Source: Camelus ferus (Eukaryota). From it: a stretch of DNA of 64,000 nucleotides. Every line of letters starts with the position of its first letter. Position 1 is the first letter of the stretch. Location of the stretch: positions 3,288,001 through 3,352,000 of the forward strand of contig NC_045696.1 of assembly GCF_009834535.1 (NCBI RefSeq). Reading direction: 5' to 3'. The notes below the pieces were generated by a model, which saw only the letters and a program-made list of their open reading frames with translations, was not told where the DNA came from and searched no databases. The translations under genes and the position numbers were made by a program. Of this stretch, positions 1 to 64,000 are shown piece by piece.

Positions 1-1814
1 GCACCCTCGCTCAGCAAGGCCTTAGGTCTTCCTAAGCCTCGTCCTTCAGTCCTAAGCTGCAGTCCTCACTGCTCTCCAGGTGGCATCCTTGGAAAATAAC
101 ACATTAGTCTGTACAGGGTTTCCCTTCCGGCAGCCCGCAGGCCCTCACGCCCCCCAAGATCTGCCCTTTGGGAGGCCTTAATCAGCTTCTCATCTGTTAG
201 GGGATGAATATAACCTGGAGATTGAAATGCAGGGAGCGCGAACTCCCAGGGAGAGGATTCCTCCCACGGGTGGAGGTGTGTTTGGAAACCGGATTTTATA
301 TCTAGAGGAATCTCACTGTTTCCTCCCGAAACTGCTGAGACAGGTGGCCGTGGGCTCAGCGGCAGAAGCGAGGCTGCCCGGGGGGCGGGACGGTCGGTCT
401 GCGCGGGACGTCCTTCTGGGCTCACGGACCCACGGCCAGAAGGGCTCCCCTGGCAGCAGAGGCTTTCAGTGCTGGCCTCGCCTGGTGTAATTCTGGGGCA
501 TGACCAAGGGCTTTTAGCTCCTCCCCACTCTGTATTTCACCAGGCTTCCCAGTGCACTATGTCTTACAGGCAAATCTTTCTTGAAATGGAATGAAGACTT
601 TTTATAAAGGCTAAGTCTGACCCTGGTGAAGTAACTTAATCTGGACGGCAACGCCACAGTGGTGCAAAGTAAGCAAACATAAAATTCCATTTAAATACCT
701 CAGCTGTGTTTACTAAAAGGGATCTGAGGGCGAGAGAGGGATCTCTCAGCATTTTCCAGTTAAGTCTGTGTGTGTGTAAAATCTGGACCTTTCTCATTCT
801 CTTAAATGGGAAACAAAATTTCTGGACACACCAAGGAAACTCAGAATCCTTCTGGGCTGAATATGGCCTTGAAGACGGTCTCCTGCTGCTGTTTACAGAT
901 GGGGAAGCTGAGGCTCAGGGAGGTTAATGAATCTGTCCACAAAATACGAGCTTTCATTAGGAGACCCCAATTCCCGCTTACTGGTATTCTAGAAGAGAAA
1001 GCAGTTCCCTTTTCTTCCAGAGGAACTTCTCTGGCCAAGGTCCCTTCCGCCGTGCAGTCACGCTGCCTCTGAAAGCTGAGGAGCACAGGGGCGCCCCGCC
1101 AGGAATTCAAAGGCCGTTTACCCTGCAGAGGTGCCCGCTGCTCCTGCCCGAGAGGGACTTTACTTGTGTGACCACGTGACTGGAAAGGAGTTTCCGGTCT
1201 GGAAAGACTACACTCGCCCAGCGTTGAGAAGGTGGTGCCACTGAGACGGCACGGAAACAAGACGTTGGGGGTGGAACCGCTCACGGCTCTAAGCGAATGA
1301 ACCGAATGACTGAAGGAGCAGCAGGCGCCTCCGCTGCTCCAAGTCTTCGCCGGTTTCTTGCAAAGGTCTTGGATTCTCATGAAATCTCAGCACCTTCCCT
1401 CTTAGGAAGTTAGCGCATCCTTCCTGGGCTGCACCTGCAGACCCTGCGACAGTCACACCGTCCCAGGCTTTCCCAGGCTCAGTGGAGGTAGCTGACGAGG
1501 GGGAGGAAATGTCTGTAAGACATCGACAAGGTTGATCTTCTAGATTTTTTTTTTTTTTTTAGGCAAAATTAAGGTGCTTGGAAAATCAGGAAGAAAGAAA
1601 CGATATATTTTTGCTCAAAATAAGAAGCATGGGCAAAATAAACGACTTTGAAAGGGTTGGCCAATTTCACTTCACAGCTTTTGCTGTCACTTTCAATTTT
1701 TCTGCACAGCTTAGAACACACCGTTCCGGTCCTCCTCCAGCCTGGAGCCTACCTCTGCGTCTTCCACGAGCTCTGCCTGTGAATGAGGCCAGGCCCGCGG
1801 TCGCGTCAAACCCC

Positions 1815-2404
1815 TCACAGCTCCCAACAAAGCGTATTATTTATCCTGCATAATTTTCTTCCACAAGTACTAAAAAGGTACAGTTTCTGAAAAGGAATGA
1901 AAGTTATCAACATTTGGCTTGAAAAATGACTTCTCGTTGGAAAAAGAGACAAACCGTAAAAAGATGAAGCTACGACAGCAACAGTCCCGGGACGGGCCGG
2001 CCGGCCCGCCGCTGCGCCCGGGCCCCTCTGCCCTGGGGCCGCCGGGACGCTGCTCGGACAACCCCACCCCGCCAGGGCCAGAGCGTCCCCGTCCGCAGGA
2101 GGGGTCTCGTCGCCAGCTTTGGTGCAGTTATCAGTTCTGCCCCAGTTGTGGTATTTAAAAATTCTGTACGTGGAAAAAAAAAAAAACAACCTTTCTACAC
2201 CTTCCTAGTTACAGCTAGAAAGTGGTGGGGAAGAGACCCAACCCAGCTGGGGCGGCACCGACCCTGGACGCCTGACGACCAAACGTGGTCCCCAGGGGGT
2301 GGGGCCCAGGGTGTCTGTGTCCTCGGGCCGGGCTTGCCGCCCGGGTCCTGGGAGCGGCCCTCGGCCTCAGCGTCCGGTTTTCCTCTGGCCGGGCGCCCGG
2401 CGCT
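1815..2404 (-). other. ABCG1: ABCG1 3' UTR (3' end approximate)
   Basis: Follows the stop codon. GC-rich blocks alternate with AU-rich blocks, U13 tract at 2174-2186, candidate poly(A) signal GATAAA at 1845-1840. Confidence 0.6.
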
Positions 2405-63223
<60,819 letters not shown>

Positions 63224-63231
63224 GCCCCGGG

Positions 63232-63261
<30 letters not shown>
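63232..63261 (-). repeat. (GCC)10 trinucleotide repeat in the 5' UTR
   Basis: Ten perfect GGC units on the plus strand, ending 8 nt before the ATG in transcript orientation. Confidence 0.95.
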
Positions 63262-63263
<2 letters not shown>

Positions 63264-64000
63264 GGACGAGGTTGCGGGCGGCGGGCACGGGCGCCGGGCA
63301 CTAGGCTGCGATCGCCCCAGACTCCGCTGCTGCGCGCCGCGCGGGGTCCGGCTTGGTCTCCGCTTGCTGCTGGGGCCGCGGCCCCGCCCACGACCTGCCC
63401 GCGCAGGCCCCGCCCACGGCCCGCTCGCGACCCGCGATTGGCAGGCGCGCAGGGTGGGCGGGGCGGGGCGGGGCTGGCAGGGGCGGGGCGGGGCCGGCAG
63501 GTGCGCGTGCTCTTGTTTTGCTCCTGCAGGGGGTCGGCTGGCCCAGCTCCGGACAACCCGGTTCCCCAGCCGCCGGCGGCTCTGTCCAGGCAGCTGCAGT
63601 GGATCCTCCCAGCCTCGGAGCTCAGAAACTCAAGGCGGCTGGCGCGGCGGCCCTGGGCCCTCGACAGGCAGCAAGGTTCCCCCACTAGGACTGCCACCTT
63701 AAAACCTGCAGTGCTGTGCCAGTAGGGTCAGAGGAGGCGCCTGGGAATGGAGGGTGGAGGGCAAGGGGATTCTCTTTTCTTTTTGTATTGTTGGGCAGCT
63801 CCCTGCCAGGCAGGAGCATAAGCACTAAAAAAGAGATGGCCGCCCTAACGCCCCCCACCCCACTGCAGCTCCATATCTGGGGTGGCCTCCCACACTGAGG
63901 CAACGCACTCACTCACTCATGCAACATCGCCGTGTGCCTGCCGCGGAGCTAAGTGCTGGGTAACAAAGGGGTGCTGGGTGAAGATGCCCAGGCCTCTGTC

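Overview
This is eukaryotic (mammalian) genomic DNA, not a microbial window. It holds the complete coding span of ABCG1 (ABC half-transporter, cholesterol efflux) on the minus strand. Fifteen coding exons run from the ATG at 63223 to the TAA at 2405, all with GT-AG introns and consistent phases. They sum to 2001 nt (666 aa), or 2037 nt (678 aa) with the downstream exon-9 donor. Regulatory features: a CpG-island promoter at about 62.6-63.7 kb, a consensus LXR DR4 element in intron 1, and a second DR4 inside an intragenic CpG island in the 36-kb intron 2. Repeats: tRNA-Ala-derived SINEs that suggest a camelid, a 5'-inverted (twin-primed) L1 with target-site duplications (TSDs), MaLR LTRs, MIRs and simple repeats. 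I found no evidence for a wholly new biological system. The best leads are ABCG1 isoform and regulatory ones: a candidate in-frame alternative first exon in the intron-2 island, a decayed counterpart of a human alternative first exon, a sense-oriented SINE tail that could cause intronic polyadenylation after exon 8, and Ala at the position of human Ser389. Most entries in the ORF track are GC-rich or repeat-derived noise. Comparisons to human sequences and repeat consensuses are from memory and need database confirmation.
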